The position numbers and the translations under genes were made by a program. A DNA stretch of 64,000 nucleotides from Lytechinus pictus (taxonomy: Eukaryota): assembly GCF_037042905.1 (NCBI RefSeq), contig NC_087259.1, forward strand, positions 22,196,001 through 22,260,000, in the 5' to 3' direction. Each line of letters opens with the position of its first letter. Position 1 is the first letter of the stretch. Below, in pieces: positions 1 through 13,200 of this stretch. Below the pieces are notes generated by a model. That model saw only the letters and a list, made by a program, of their open reading frames with translations. It searched no databases and had not been told where the DNA came from.

Positions 1-51
1 AATATGGAGTAGTAGGGCATGGGTAAAACAAATGTTCATTCACTTGCCCAG

Positions 52-228
52 GTGGGTGTTTCATAAATCTGTTCATAAGTTAAGAGCGACTTTAAGAATG
101 ACTGGTGAACCTTTCATACGCGCTAAACCATTGCCAATGGTGTATACCATTTACTGTACCAAAAGAAAGGATCACCAATCGTTTTTAAAGTCGCACATAT
201 CTTACGAACAGCTTTATGTAACACCCAC
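52..228. mobile_element. Palindromic ~175-bp MITE, family A (Harbinger/PIF-like), copy 1
   Basis: GTGGGTGTTTCATAAA...TTTATGTAACACCCAC long inverted arms; CWG flanks; five copies in the window. Confidence 0.85.
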
Positions 229-453
229 CTGGACGTTATCTTGAAACTAATGCCATTTTTATTGCTCAAGTCGAGAAAATCCAAAAGCATTATTTTGTCA
301 TTGCCAATTGGCATGATTTAAAAAAAAATGCTTATAGGGTCTGTACACAGTGATGTATTGTTAGTAATCCTACACCATCTGAAATTTCCAGAAATCAATC
401 TTTCAGAGTCAAAGAAGGGAGTATTCTTCATTCTCTTAGTCATTTCCAACTAA

Positions 454-889
454 ATGAAAATAATCGCTAGAGGGTATTCATTTGTCTCGCAATCTACTAT
501 GGTCAACAAGGAAATTCATGATCACTCTCGCAAAAAGTGTTCACTAGCTTACATGTTCACGAGCTTTCGAGTGCTGCTGCAACTCATTATCAAGTGACAA
601 AAATTATCTGATAACGTAGTCTATTTATACCAATCCCCAGGACCGTACGTACGAACGCGGGAACAATAGGTGGGCACTGATACGTTATCAGATAATTTTC
701 GTCACTTGATAAAGAGTTGCAGCGGCACTCGAAAGCTCGTGAACTTGTAAGCTAGTGAACACTTTTTATGAGAGTGATCACGAATTTCCTAGAAAGCTAG
801 TGAACACTTTTTGCGAGAGTGATCACGAATTTCCTTGTTGACCATAGTAGATTGCGAGACAAATGAATACCCTCTAGCGATTATTTCAT
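454..889. mobile_element. Foldback/MITE with ~165-bp inverted arms
   Basis: 454-618 is the reverse complement of 681-889, apart from a 45-bp tandem duplication in the right arm; ~60-bp spacer. Confidence 0.85.
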
Positions 890-1183
890 TCCGCAATAAT
901 GAACCTATTTAGTAAATGAAAATACATTCAATTGATAATACACTATGGGACTTTCATGCATGTAAAGATAACATTTTAGTAACTTCTGCCTTTCCCCACC
1001 CATACTCTTAAACGATTGACAATGCCAAAACAGATCAATCCAGTCAACATAACTGAGGGGAAACATGAATGTGCGACAGCCATGCAAATACATGCTTCCT
1101 AGCAGATGAGCCCCAAAGGAATATTCCCCCTCTCTCTTTTGCTGTCTCATCTCAATTTGTTTATTATTTCTATGAATGTGCAG

Positions 1184-1274
1184 GGCCTTGGTCTTTGTGG
1201 TGTAAGAGGCCGTTCTACCGTCAGCAGTCCTGCAGAGGATGCATCGGAGGCCAAATCATCTGGCCTTTCTTTTG
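1184..1274 (+). CDS. ACADM: ACADM exon (end of mitochondrial presequence region, [11 protein letters not shown]...SGLSF)
   Basis: tgcag| acceptor and G|gtgagt donor; ends phase 1, like human exon 2 (GFSF|E). Confidence 0.85.
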
Positions 1275-4200
1275 GTGAGTATCAGCGTAAAGGCCTCATC
1301 CAGCAAAGAGTTACGATTAAATGATCCATCATTAAAAAAAGCAGTCAAGTGGTACTCGGGAATAAAAATAATGTGGTTAGAATAAATAGAGTAAATGTAA
1401 TCAAACAAGTAAAGCACTGATAATTTCCATGGTATCAGATGAATAGAGTGACTGCATTATTGCACTATTTGGTGAAGCAGTTCTATATGTATACCTGGCA
1501 TGAATATGCAACAAGCAAGTTGTGATGTAAATCCCTACTTTTCCTTTTTAATGGTCTGTTGAGTGTTTCATAAAGCTCTTTGTAAGACAAACAACGGGTG
1601 ATCCTCTCTTCGGTGCTTAACCAACACCAATGAAAATTTGGTGTACACCACTAAGAAGGATCGCCAGTCATGCGTAAAGTCGCTTTTAAGTTATGTACAT
1701 CTATACCCACCTGGAGTTAAATCTATCAAGAATTCCATTCTCTATCTTGAGAATTGAATATACCTCATATAATAAGTGTCTCAAACAAGACCCATTCAAT
1801 ATCCATACCTTCATGTTTTGTAGTTTCTTAAGTTTGACACCTATTTCTTTCCTATTTTCTTTCATTGTTCAAGGCACATTGCATCTTAAAAAGAGATTTG
1901 TGTAAATTAAATGTATTATTATTATTATTTATTTATTTCTTTTATTCATTTATTTTTTAAATTATTATTTTCATCATTATTATTGTTTTTAATGCTACCA
2001 TGGAATGATCTTTTATAAATAGCCTTGTCTGAGGAACAGCAACAGTACCAGGATCTTGCCAGGAAGTTCACTGCTGAAGAGATTATCCCAAAGGCCGCTG
2101 AACATGACAAATCAGGAGAGGTAATTCAGTCTTAAAATTGCTTAAGTAGGGAAATATTTTATGATATCTATTATTTGTTTTGCTCGGTCTAATGATTTAG
2201 TACAAACTCTTCATCAGATCATATTATTTCAGAGAACATTTTGATTTAAAAATTATTCACTAAAAGGAAGGCGTTTCATATACCCCAGTATCAATATGAC
2301 AAAAAAAAAAACTAAAAGCCAAATCCCACACTGCTGTTGTGATGTTTGTTTGAAAAAATATTGATGTGGAGTCCTTAACATGCATTTTTCTACTGTGTTT
2401 TCAGTGCAAGTTCTACACAAAGCTTATCTTTATGCAAGGAGCTGATGGGTTTTCAAGAGATCTCAGGGTTTTTGTTAGGCATACTTTAAAAGGGGGTTTA
2501 TGCAGAGGAGCGTGGTGGGAAATGGGAGGGGCAGGGGCTGTTCGGAGCGAGCAAAATAATAACATGAAATCTATTTACTTTTAAAAGTAATAAGGTGAAT
2601 TTCAATTTGACACTTGGCTTCTATGCAAACACACTTGAGGAGTTATCTATTATCGGATGTTTATTTTGAGATAACAGAGCTCTGCTCATTACATCTTGTA
2701 TGTGGTATTGACCTTCAATACTATCACTGTTCAATGTTTGAGAAACAATGTCTGTCCATATGACATAAGATAAACTTTGATAAGAAACCAGCGAAGCTAG
2801 ACTTTTTAACTGGGAATAATGTATTTCCCAGAATTATATTAGATTGATTTGAGGCATCAATCCAAGGGGCAAGGTGGGGGGGGGGGGGAACTAGTTGAGT
2901 TCCAAAATGAAACTTTTCAAAGGTTGTTATGCAGGTTATTTGCATTTTCCCTATGTGTAACATATAATAATCTACAAATAATGTTTCTTTAAATTGTCCT
3001 TATGCATATTAGAGTACAATGTAAATCAGGTACATTCTTAAAAGGAATACATTTGAAGATTTTAAAGCCCCTTGTCACACCATAGCCACAGATCCATGTG
3101 TGACCTAAGTTTATTTTGAGCGGGTTATTAACTGCCTACATGTATGACTTGCAGTAGCTACGAGCCTCATACATGGGCGGTATCCTGAAAATGGTCTTTA
3201 CACAAATATGTCTGTATCTTCAGAGTTACAAAACAATTTGTATTCTAAAAAGTATTTTACCATTTGTTGTAACTTTCACTGAACGTGCATGATATGACCT
3301 AAAATATGTCTTAAGCAAAATCAGTGCAACCATGTGTGTGCAATCAGTTTGCAGATGCTTTCTATAATGCACAGGTTTTGTCAGAAGCCCTTCATAACAA
3401 AGCAGCCTTTGGTGAAAATCTGTGAATCAAAACAGCAGTGTCGTCGTGGACTCTGGAAAACAACATATTTGCAATTTTTTGTCTGGTCTGAATCTTAAGA
3501 AGAAGTGCTGTCTCAGTCCACCAACTTTCGACAATGACCTCTAATCTGTCCATTGTGATTTGACGGGCATTTTCAATAGATTCTGAGAGTTGCAGAAAGC
3601 GTCTGCAAAGGGGATGCTAAAATGTGCTAATATTGAGATTAAAGGTATTAAGAAAATTTTCAGGATACCGCCCCTGATGTTGTGCATTGTCTGCTACATG
3701 CTTTCAACTGGTGTACGGCATGAACTTCTTCATGACGTCCCTGCAACTCACAGGGAATGAATTTTGAGCACGCAGTTAATCAGAATTTTTGCAGACCTCC
3801 TGGCAAATTTCAGGGAGCTTGGATAGCAAAAGTTGTTCCCTGCAAGTCCCATTCAAGATTCCTAAATGATATTCAGGATTAACAGTGGATTTTGCTTTTA
3901 ATGTGTGACTCTAAGTTCAATTTAGTACTCACGTTATTTTAAAAAATGATGTGCTTGTCGGAAATTGCAATACACTTGTATAACATTCAGCTGATTGACT
4001 TTGCACGTTACTAATTATAGGAATTACAGATACACTGATTTGGATCAATGTATGAATCAGTGGCATTTACATGTACATGGCATGGGGGGGGGGGGCTCTT
4101 GCTCCTCAGATTATTCAGGTCTAAGAAAATAAGGAAAGAAAAGGAAAGAGAGAAGGGTGAAATACGGTATATTATTTTCTGAATATTAAGTCAAAATCTA

Positions 4201-7200
4201 TTTGTGCATTAAAAAATTTCAATTTTTTTTTTCGCTCGCTCTCAACTTCTTGTAAATTTTGTCCGATAACCAATATCTCGCCCCTTCAAAATTTTTGGCT
4301 CATTACGCTGTTGGTATGAATCAGAACTGCCAACTAGTACTGTGTCACGTGATTGAACCTACTTTTATTGACCCAACAGCTGATAACAGACTCAAATAAT
4401 AATCAAGTCAAATAATTGAATAACAGTATAGTTGAAAATTTAATAATTGTATTTGCTCTTTCTTCAAAGTGTCTTTTTCAACAAGTGTTTGAATAATATG
4501 TAATTACAAACAAAGAGCTTTGTTTCTTGGAAATAATATGATGACTTGTGAGGGAAGCCTGTCACGTTTAGGTTGCCTACATCACCACACCCGTCTAGGC
4601 CTACACCTGTCGGAGGTTGTTGAGTGGACTAGACTAGTCTGAGGACTGAGTCTCGCTGGTTTGTTGAATCTACATGGTCTAGCACCTTGAACCCTACCCC
4701 GATCACAATATTTATGATAGATTGACATGATCACAATATCAATTTAGGGAATTAGGGTAGCTACATGTAAAATAGATTGTTTTCTATTTATAAATGAAGT
4801 ACATGTACATGTAGGTCTGTAATTGTTGATGAAAAAATGTGACTTTTTGTATTTCCATTTGTTAAGTACCCATGGGAAATCATCAAAAAGGCTTGGGAGC
4901 TTGGCTTGATGAACACACATATCCCACAAGAAATTGGTGAGTATGCCAATTTTTGAAAGATTTTTATTTTGTTATTTGTATGTTCCATAGTTCTGTTTGT
5001 GATTAAGGGTTCCATGACATTTTCTCCGGCGGCAATTGCTCCGATGGAAAATCTGCATGTTGAGCCAAACATAAAACCTAACCTCCAAAACTAAATAAAA
5101 CTTATCCTTATCTTTAGCTTATTCTGTACCAAAAACCATATTACAATCCTAACCATAACCCTATGTCCTGTGAGATATTAAGACAGGAGAAAATGTCATG
5201 TCACTGTGATTAAGTGCTAGAGCTGGCAAGAATTATCTGCAATTTCGTGACCCCCCCCCCCCCCAAAAAAAAAAAAATCCACTTATTATCTAGGTTTCTA
5301 GACAGCTTAATATCATTGCTTTTCTTGGTGCATACTGTATATCTTACCAGAATTCACCAGTAACATCAAAAATTCTGCTATTTTCCTAGATTGTAATGAT
5401 GATTTTGTCTGCTCAATAATTGTTTAATTACCTATTAAAGGGGGTGGGGGGGGGGGGCAAACTGACCAACACAGTGTGTGGTCTACAGTATCTATAAAGT
5501 GTGATATCAATAGCCTAGTCTCAGAACATACTTTTTTAGGTAACTGAATGATAAAAATAATAAGTTACATTGTATGTAGGGAAACTACGCTATTTTAGTG
5601 GGAGAGTACTTGTTTTGCTACTTGGTAACATACATGTATGAATGCTTGGAGTAGTGAAATTGTGAGTTATCACTTAAACTGGAATGTATACTACACTGGT
5701 CAGAATGTTGCATCGTGGGTAAAGAACCTGGCCAGATATAAGTAGTAAGGGACTGGTTCGTACTGGCCTTAACACACACTCTAGTAAAGTCTCATTCAGA
5801 CATAGTACAACGAAACTCAGCAACCTTGCATACAAATTCAATGGGATGTAAAGGCGACAACTAAATATGACATCTAGCTGTACAACATTTTGATGCCACA
5901 GCTGTTGTCCAATCAGTAAACGTAAGCACTTACATGTGAAAAACTAAACTTTGTCAAAAGTTGTGCAGGTTATACAGGCAAACCCATGCCCCCTATTTGA
6001 AATTGCATGTACATGTATTTCTACATGGTGATGTCATGAGTTTGTCTGTGTCACGATTTCGTACATTATGTATTATAAAATAGGTGTATTATTTCAAGCA
6101 TCGCGATTGGCCAATACGCGTCACATGACATCCAACTTTTTTGGTGCACTGCAGTGCAAAAGGTACGCAACGAAAATAGACATTGCATGCTCAAGCAAAC
6201 CAGTGCGGTAGAAGTCCCGGGAGAAGTCCAACAAAACTGAACTGTAACTTTTCAAGAATTTGTTTCTGTGTTGCTATTTTATAAAACAAATAATGCACTT
6301 GCTCTGTCGTGCGTAAAAGTAAATGCAGAGAAAGCTCGGTTTCTTCAGATGGTGCACACTGGGCACTCGCCGCCAGCGGCTCGTGCAAAGTGCAGCACCT
6401 ATCTAAAGAAACCTCGTGTGCTCTGCATTTCCACTAACGCACTCGGCTGCATGCATTATTTGTATACATGTACAGGGATACGTGTTGATATGCATGAGGT
6501 GATAATTTATATTTCATGATGCCTGAATACTATAAAAAATGATGCTGAGCTCTGCCTTACCATATGTGAAGGAAGCATAAATGTCGATTATTTTAATTTG
6601 TTGTCTAAAATTGTTCATGTTTGCTGGTATTTGAGAAGCTATTCACCTACCTGTGTAAGTTAAAAATAATCACCAGTTCATTGTTGTTGGCTAGATTCGA
6701 TTATGACCCTTATTTCTTTCAGACATACAGTGTACATACCTCTTAATTACTCGGTGCATATTCATTTCTAAGTTCACTGGAGTGTTTTATGACAACCCAT
6801 TGTGCCTACTCTACTCCATCCTTATTAGCATAGCAGGTTGTGAATGAATCAAAATGAATGAATGGAATGAATGAATGATTTTGATCTATTAAGCATTGTT
6901 ACCATGATAGTTACCATTGGATGGCAGTGTTATTAGCCTACAAAGATATGTTTGATGTGGCCCAACTGACCCTACAGCATAAAAAAACAGACAAATTTCA
7001 TTCTTTTTAGTTATATTTGACCCCCCAAATTTATCATGTGTTCACTGACCTTAATTTTCATACAGAAAAAAAATACAAATAATGTAATGTTGATAAACAT
7101 TAGCAAATGATAAGCAGAAGTCACAAACACCCTGAATTACATGTATATATTCCTACTAGATTTAAATGATTAAAAAAAATTAGTGACTGTCCTACCCTTA

Positions 7201-10200
7201 TTTTTTTCCTCAGTTACAGCAAACAAACATTTTTTAATGCCTAATAATTAATTATTAAACAATGGGCCCTGATGGATTGGTAACCTTTAATTTATCCTGA
7301 ATCCCCAAATAAGATAAATCTACGAGCTCTTTTTTTATGCCCCCTCCAAATGATAATAAATTAAAAAAATACTGACTGTAATGCCCTTTTGTTTCCTCCG
7401 TTCCTGCAAACATGTTTTATTTTAGGTCTAACAATTAATTTTCATGCAATTGGCCCTGATGGATTGGTATGATTTCTCCTTTAGGTCACATGATCAAGGT
7501 CATTTAGGGTCAATGAACCTAGTATTTTATTGTCTTATTAATTGTGTTTTTTGTGAATGACTATTCATATTAGTTGTTATCATAGTCGGCAATGCTGAGC
7601 AAAAATTAATCGCGTAATGCAGGCGAGTCTGCCAGTAGCATTCCGCTTATTATGTAAAGGGCCCTAATGGATTGGTAACCTATTATGATTTACCCTATTA
7701 AACAGGTGGACCTGGTCTTGGGATCTTGGACACATGTATCATCACAGAGGAACTGGCCTATGGTTGCACTGGTATCCAGACAGCCATCGAAGCATGCTCA
7801 TTAGGGGTGAGTTAGGGGTTAAAGGCCATGCCATTAAAAGGGAAATGGGACCACGAGTTATCAACTATATCTCCTGTACTATTGATTACATTCGTACTTT
7901 GAAAAAAATAATCCACTTAAATATTAGGGCCCGTATTCTGAAGTCGGGTTTAAGTTAAACTCAGGTTTAAGTTAAACTCAGGTTTAAAGTTGTGGTTTAA
8001 GTATGGGAAGCCAAAAGTATCAAATTTGTTATTAAGTTGTATGTTTCTTATGTTTACTGTGCTCTTTCCTGATTCATCGATGGTGAAGCCAATAAACTTT
8101 TTATACTTCCTAGACAATTATGGATGATTTGAGAGCCAAATGAGCTGAAGTATGATATCTCTACTGTTAGTGATTTATGTAACAATTGGCTTGCCATACT
8201 TAAACCACAACTTTAAACCTGAGTTTAAATTAAACCCGACTTCAGAATACGGGCCTAGGTATCTGGCTTAGAAAATAGCTTTTTGGTGTACACTGGTCTA
8301 TTTACTTTCTATTTGGTCTCATCTCACATAATGTATTCCTTCTTTGCTTGAATACAACTAATTCATTTACTGACCATTTATTCCAATTGTCATTTACCAT
8401 TTTGTCTTATGCCCAGCAGAGCTTATAATATCCACTTGGTCTAATACCATTTAGTCTGTATGCTAGATGAACTGTTTATAATGAACCAATTTTTCATTTT
8501 ACTGATTGCAAAGTGATATGTAGACATAGTGGAAAATACTGCATCTTGGCATTAGACTAAATTAGTATTAGACCAATTGATGAAGGACCAAATGATAATT
8601 TGACCAAGTGGGTTAAGCCATGATGATGTTTGATGATCTGAGAATTAGACCATCTGCTAGTAGACCAAGTGGATAAGGTTATTGAAAGTGAACACAATTT
8701 ATTCTCTTACCAAAGGGATGTACAGGAAATACCTCATTTCATCAGTTTGGTGAAATTAAACGTGAAATTGTGGTTGACTGACCGCAGTTTGGCAACTGAT
8801 ATGACAAGAAAGATACATTGATTTTCCTCTTTAAATGTAAGATGGATATTGCTACATATGAGTGTTATCAAATTTGTCAGTGATGTTTTTTAATCCACAA
8901 CAAATAATGATTTTTTTTTTCCAGAACTAAAATTATTGTTTCGTTTTCCATTTTCTGCAGTCAGCACCAGTACTAATTGGAGGCAACGCTGACCAGAAGA
9001 AGAAGTATCTTGGCTGGCTGGTCGAGGAACCCATTGTTTGTGTAAGCATCTTCTTTTATATTAATTTTTATCCTATGATTGTAAATCATAATGTTATGAT
9101 ATTTACTCTTGAGAAAGATGATCGCTTATAGGAAAGGTGTAGATTACACCATACAAATCCTGATTAATTCAAGCCATCTTCAGGCCTGTTCGAACTACAT
9201 GTAGCTAATTCATCTATTATTGGTCATAGTGCATGGTTTATGTTCGATTTTAGGCATACTGCGTAACTGAACCGGGAGCTGGATCCGACGTTGCAGGAAT
9301 CAAGACAAAGGCTGTCCGTAAGGGTGATAACTACGTTCTCAATGGCTCTAAGATGTGGATCACCAATGGGGGCCATGCCAGCTGGTACTTTGTGCTCGCA
9401 AGAACTGACCCTGACCCCAAGGCACCAGCAAGCAAGGCATTCACAGGGTTCATTGTTGACAGGGACTCAGAGGGCCTCACTCTTGGGAGAAAGGTAGGAT
9501 GGTTCCTTGACATTTGCTGTGGCGACAATTGCTCCGATGGAAAAAGTGCATGTTAAGCCAAACCTAAATCCTAACCTCCAAAACTAAATACACCCCATTT
9601 CCTTATGTGTACATTATTCTGAACCAAAAAAGTATATTTCAATCTTAACTCTAACCCTATGACCTTGAGATATTTAAAGACCGAAGCGTATGTTGTGTCA
9701 ACGGTAGGACAATGCCTATTTGATAATGGTAATTGGATACTCGACATGCACATATGACAATCAAGTGTTACCACTACCTCAGTTGGTGCTGATTAAATTT
9801 CTGAATGGCACTAAAGTGCAATATCGTACCTACCTGACTGGTACTAATTTCCTCACTGACCCCCAAAAATTACATGTAAATGATAGAATTGACTAGTTTT
9901 TAGCCCATGAACCCCTTGGCAAGGTGCCTGTTCACATCTCTGTTGATGATGATATTGATATATATTGACTTCGGTTGATAGACAATATTGGATAGACAAA
10001 ATGTCCCTATTCTTTAGTCTTGTCTTATTCTATCGTAACGAAGCATTCTCACAATTCTGATTTGAAGATTTGAAGTACGGTAGACTACAAGCCTTAGTGT
10101 TTTATCTCATTATAGTTTCATCTTTCACCTTTATACCCCCGTCACACTTATTCGGAATCAGCAGGAATCGAGCAGAACCAGCCGGAATGAAGAACTTTCA

Positions 10201-13200
10201 AAATTCGTGCCACATTCGGGAGGGAATTTGAAATTTTCACTACTTTTGCAAAAATGTCGTTCGAATACTTAGAACGTCCTTTGATCCCGCCTCTAATGAT
10301 TCTTGCACATTCCGGGTGTATTGACTGTCGAATGCAGCTCGAATACAGTCGGAACACAGGAAGAATATTAAGAATGCTGTTAGAATGCAGCAAGAATATT
10401 TAGAATGCAGTCAGAGAGCAGTCAGAATGCACTTCGAATGTCGTTCGATATTTCTCCACTTCGAATGCACTTCGAAAGTTTTGAACATGAGCAAAACATT
10501 CGGGCCGGTCACAAGAATGGACCCGAATGTCTGGAATGCTGTCAGAATTTTTAGAATGCGCTTCGAATATCCAGGAATGTACCAAGAATTTTCATTCCGA
10601 CGGCATTCCGGCTCATTCCGCCTCTAGTGTGACGGGGTTTTAGTAAAAGAAATTAATACTCCTATGTACTGTCTGGGATTTGAATACAGGATTTAGTTTT
10701 GTGCTTATGATTTGAATCAGTGTGTCACAGAATAAACTGCCAGAAATCATTTGTTTTATATCACTGAGATTTGTATTCATGAATATTCATGACTGTTTCA
10801 CATAACAAGCTGCCTGAAAGCATTTGTTATATATATCCCTGTCCCATTGTTTATGCAGATTTCCTGTATAAATTATGCTTATTTACTGCGTATATATTAA
10901 AAAATGTCCAGAGCTGATGCGCGCTTTTGTCACAGTGCGCCAAATTGACGCCTGTTGCTGTGGTTATCCACGCTGTTTTATTCATGAGTCCACTGTTTTG
11001 AATTAATGAGTCTACTCTTCAGACAGTGGACTTATTAATAGAATAGTGTACTTAACCATGGCAACAGGCATCACTTTGGCGCACTGTGACAAAAGCGTGC
11101 ATCAGCATTGGGCATAATTAGACGTAATTTATATGGGAAATCTGCATAAACCATGGGTTTAACCGATGGTTTTGAAAACCACCTTTGTGAATTCGGGCCT
11201 TTAAGTTTAAAATATGATATGCATCCGGGTAGTTAGAAATAAATCTGATTAGTATGATATGATTTGATTATTGTATCAAGTCTGTGGGTTAACTAAGACT
11301 GGCAAAGAAAAATTGCATTTTATCCCTGTTCCTGTATTGAAGGAATGGAATATGGGTCAGAGAGCGTCTGATACCAGAGCAGTCAACTTTGAAGATGTAG
11401 TTGTCCCAAAGGAGAATGTGCTGATTGGAGAAGGTCAGGGGTTCAAGATCGCCATGGGTGCCTTCGACAAGACCAGACCGCCGGTAAGATGACCTTTATT
11501 TAGTTATTTTTATTCATTTATTTTATTTCCAGGCAAGATATTAACAAACAATAGAAACACCAAAAGAGAATTATGAAATTGATTACCAGCCAATGCCTGG
11601 GGATTACCTAAAAGAATTGAAAATTCTGTCGAGAGGTTCTCTACATTGGCTGGTTCCTTTGGACATTTATTCAGACCCTCCTATCTTGACGAGACCTTGA
11701 CATCAATTCTGTGTCTTATCACTAGGGCAAAGTAGATTATTTGCTCTATGGGCTAAGCATTGTTTGTTTGAATGATAATGCAGTCTTTAATATTGTTTGT
11801 ATAGAAGAAAACTCATGGATTGATTGAAGTTGTTGTGATAATCAAGTTTATTATTTTGATGTTTGAGGAGTCTTATTTCATTAACACAATTCAAGGTCAG
11901 AATTGTGTATAATCCTTAATCCCCATCTGTAAAACTTCTTGGGACTCATAATTAATATTACCTAAATTAGAAGAATTACAAATCCAACCCGAGTGGAAAG
12001 GTTAAAACTTATCTTTAGTTTTGGTAAATCATCCAAAAGTGAATGTCATTCCATTTTATTAATAGAATATATCAAAGCATGTGCCCCAAAACAGTAGTGG
12101 TGTGAAGGATATGAAATTATGTGTTTCATTGGATGAATACACAGATTCTACATGAAAATTTAATTCGACTGGGTGTCGGATCAAAGCAGAATTTGTGCTT
12201 ACTTTTGTTTTGTTTATATAAAAACACCTTCTCAAACATGGAATGGGCTAAAAATTTCAAGATATTAATTTTGCCAGTAGTTTTCTAATATCCAGTTACT
12301 CAATATTTCAAGTAAGTGCTCAGGTGGCTGATTGAAATTGAAATAAAAAGACTTACTGAGAGAGGGCACTAGATTTAGATTAAAATCCTAATGGCCGAAA
12401 AGATGTCACATTTTTAAATGGATCTATTTCAAACTTGGTCTGGTTGCTCAGACAGGAGTGACGCTGATCTGACTAGTTTTAGGGCATCAGGATCAAAGAT
12501 CGAAGGTCACAGAGATAATTTTTTACTTTGAAAATTATTGTTATGATTGATTCAATTTCAAACCTGATACATGTACATGTACATGTGGGATGCTGACAGT
12601 GATCACACACACACACACACCCTCACACACCTGTAAAGCAGCCTTACTGCATCATGTGTTTTTGTTTGCTCTTGATGTATTTTTGAAAGTTATGTTAATA
12701 AAATATTTTAAGTTGTTGTACCACTTGCATTTCTCATTTGGATGGAACAAATGATGGGAGGGAACTGAAAGACTCCATTTCAAATAGGCATTGAAGTACA
12801 TAGAAATCAACAGATGAATTTTATATTTCTTTCAGTAGTAAATAGAAATTTGGTAGGGAATAAAAATGTGTTGGAAAAAGTCCCTGCTCCCGCACACATA
12901 CCTGAGTTCAAGGTTGTGACTGCCTTGTCAATGGGCCCATCAGTGATGTCTTGATCTTTCAGATGACTTAGCCTTTGATAAGGCATTATGTGTTAACTTA
13001 ATATGTATGTTGTTCATACTTGAATGACAGGTTGCTGCTGGAGCTACTGGTCTTGCAAGGAGAGCCTTGTATGAGGCTACCAAGTATTCCATGGAGAGAC
13101 AGACATTTGGCAGGACCATTGCAAATGTGAGTAATGTAGGAAGCTCTGAAACTCAAAGGAGGGGATTTGGATTGGAGAGTGGTGTGTCGGTTAAGCCTCC

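Noticed and set aside
10385-10627. Heat-shock element array suggested by many GAA/TTC triplets
   Set aside because: Spacing does not give clean nGAAnnTTCnnGAAn triplets; the motifs are MITE internal repeats.
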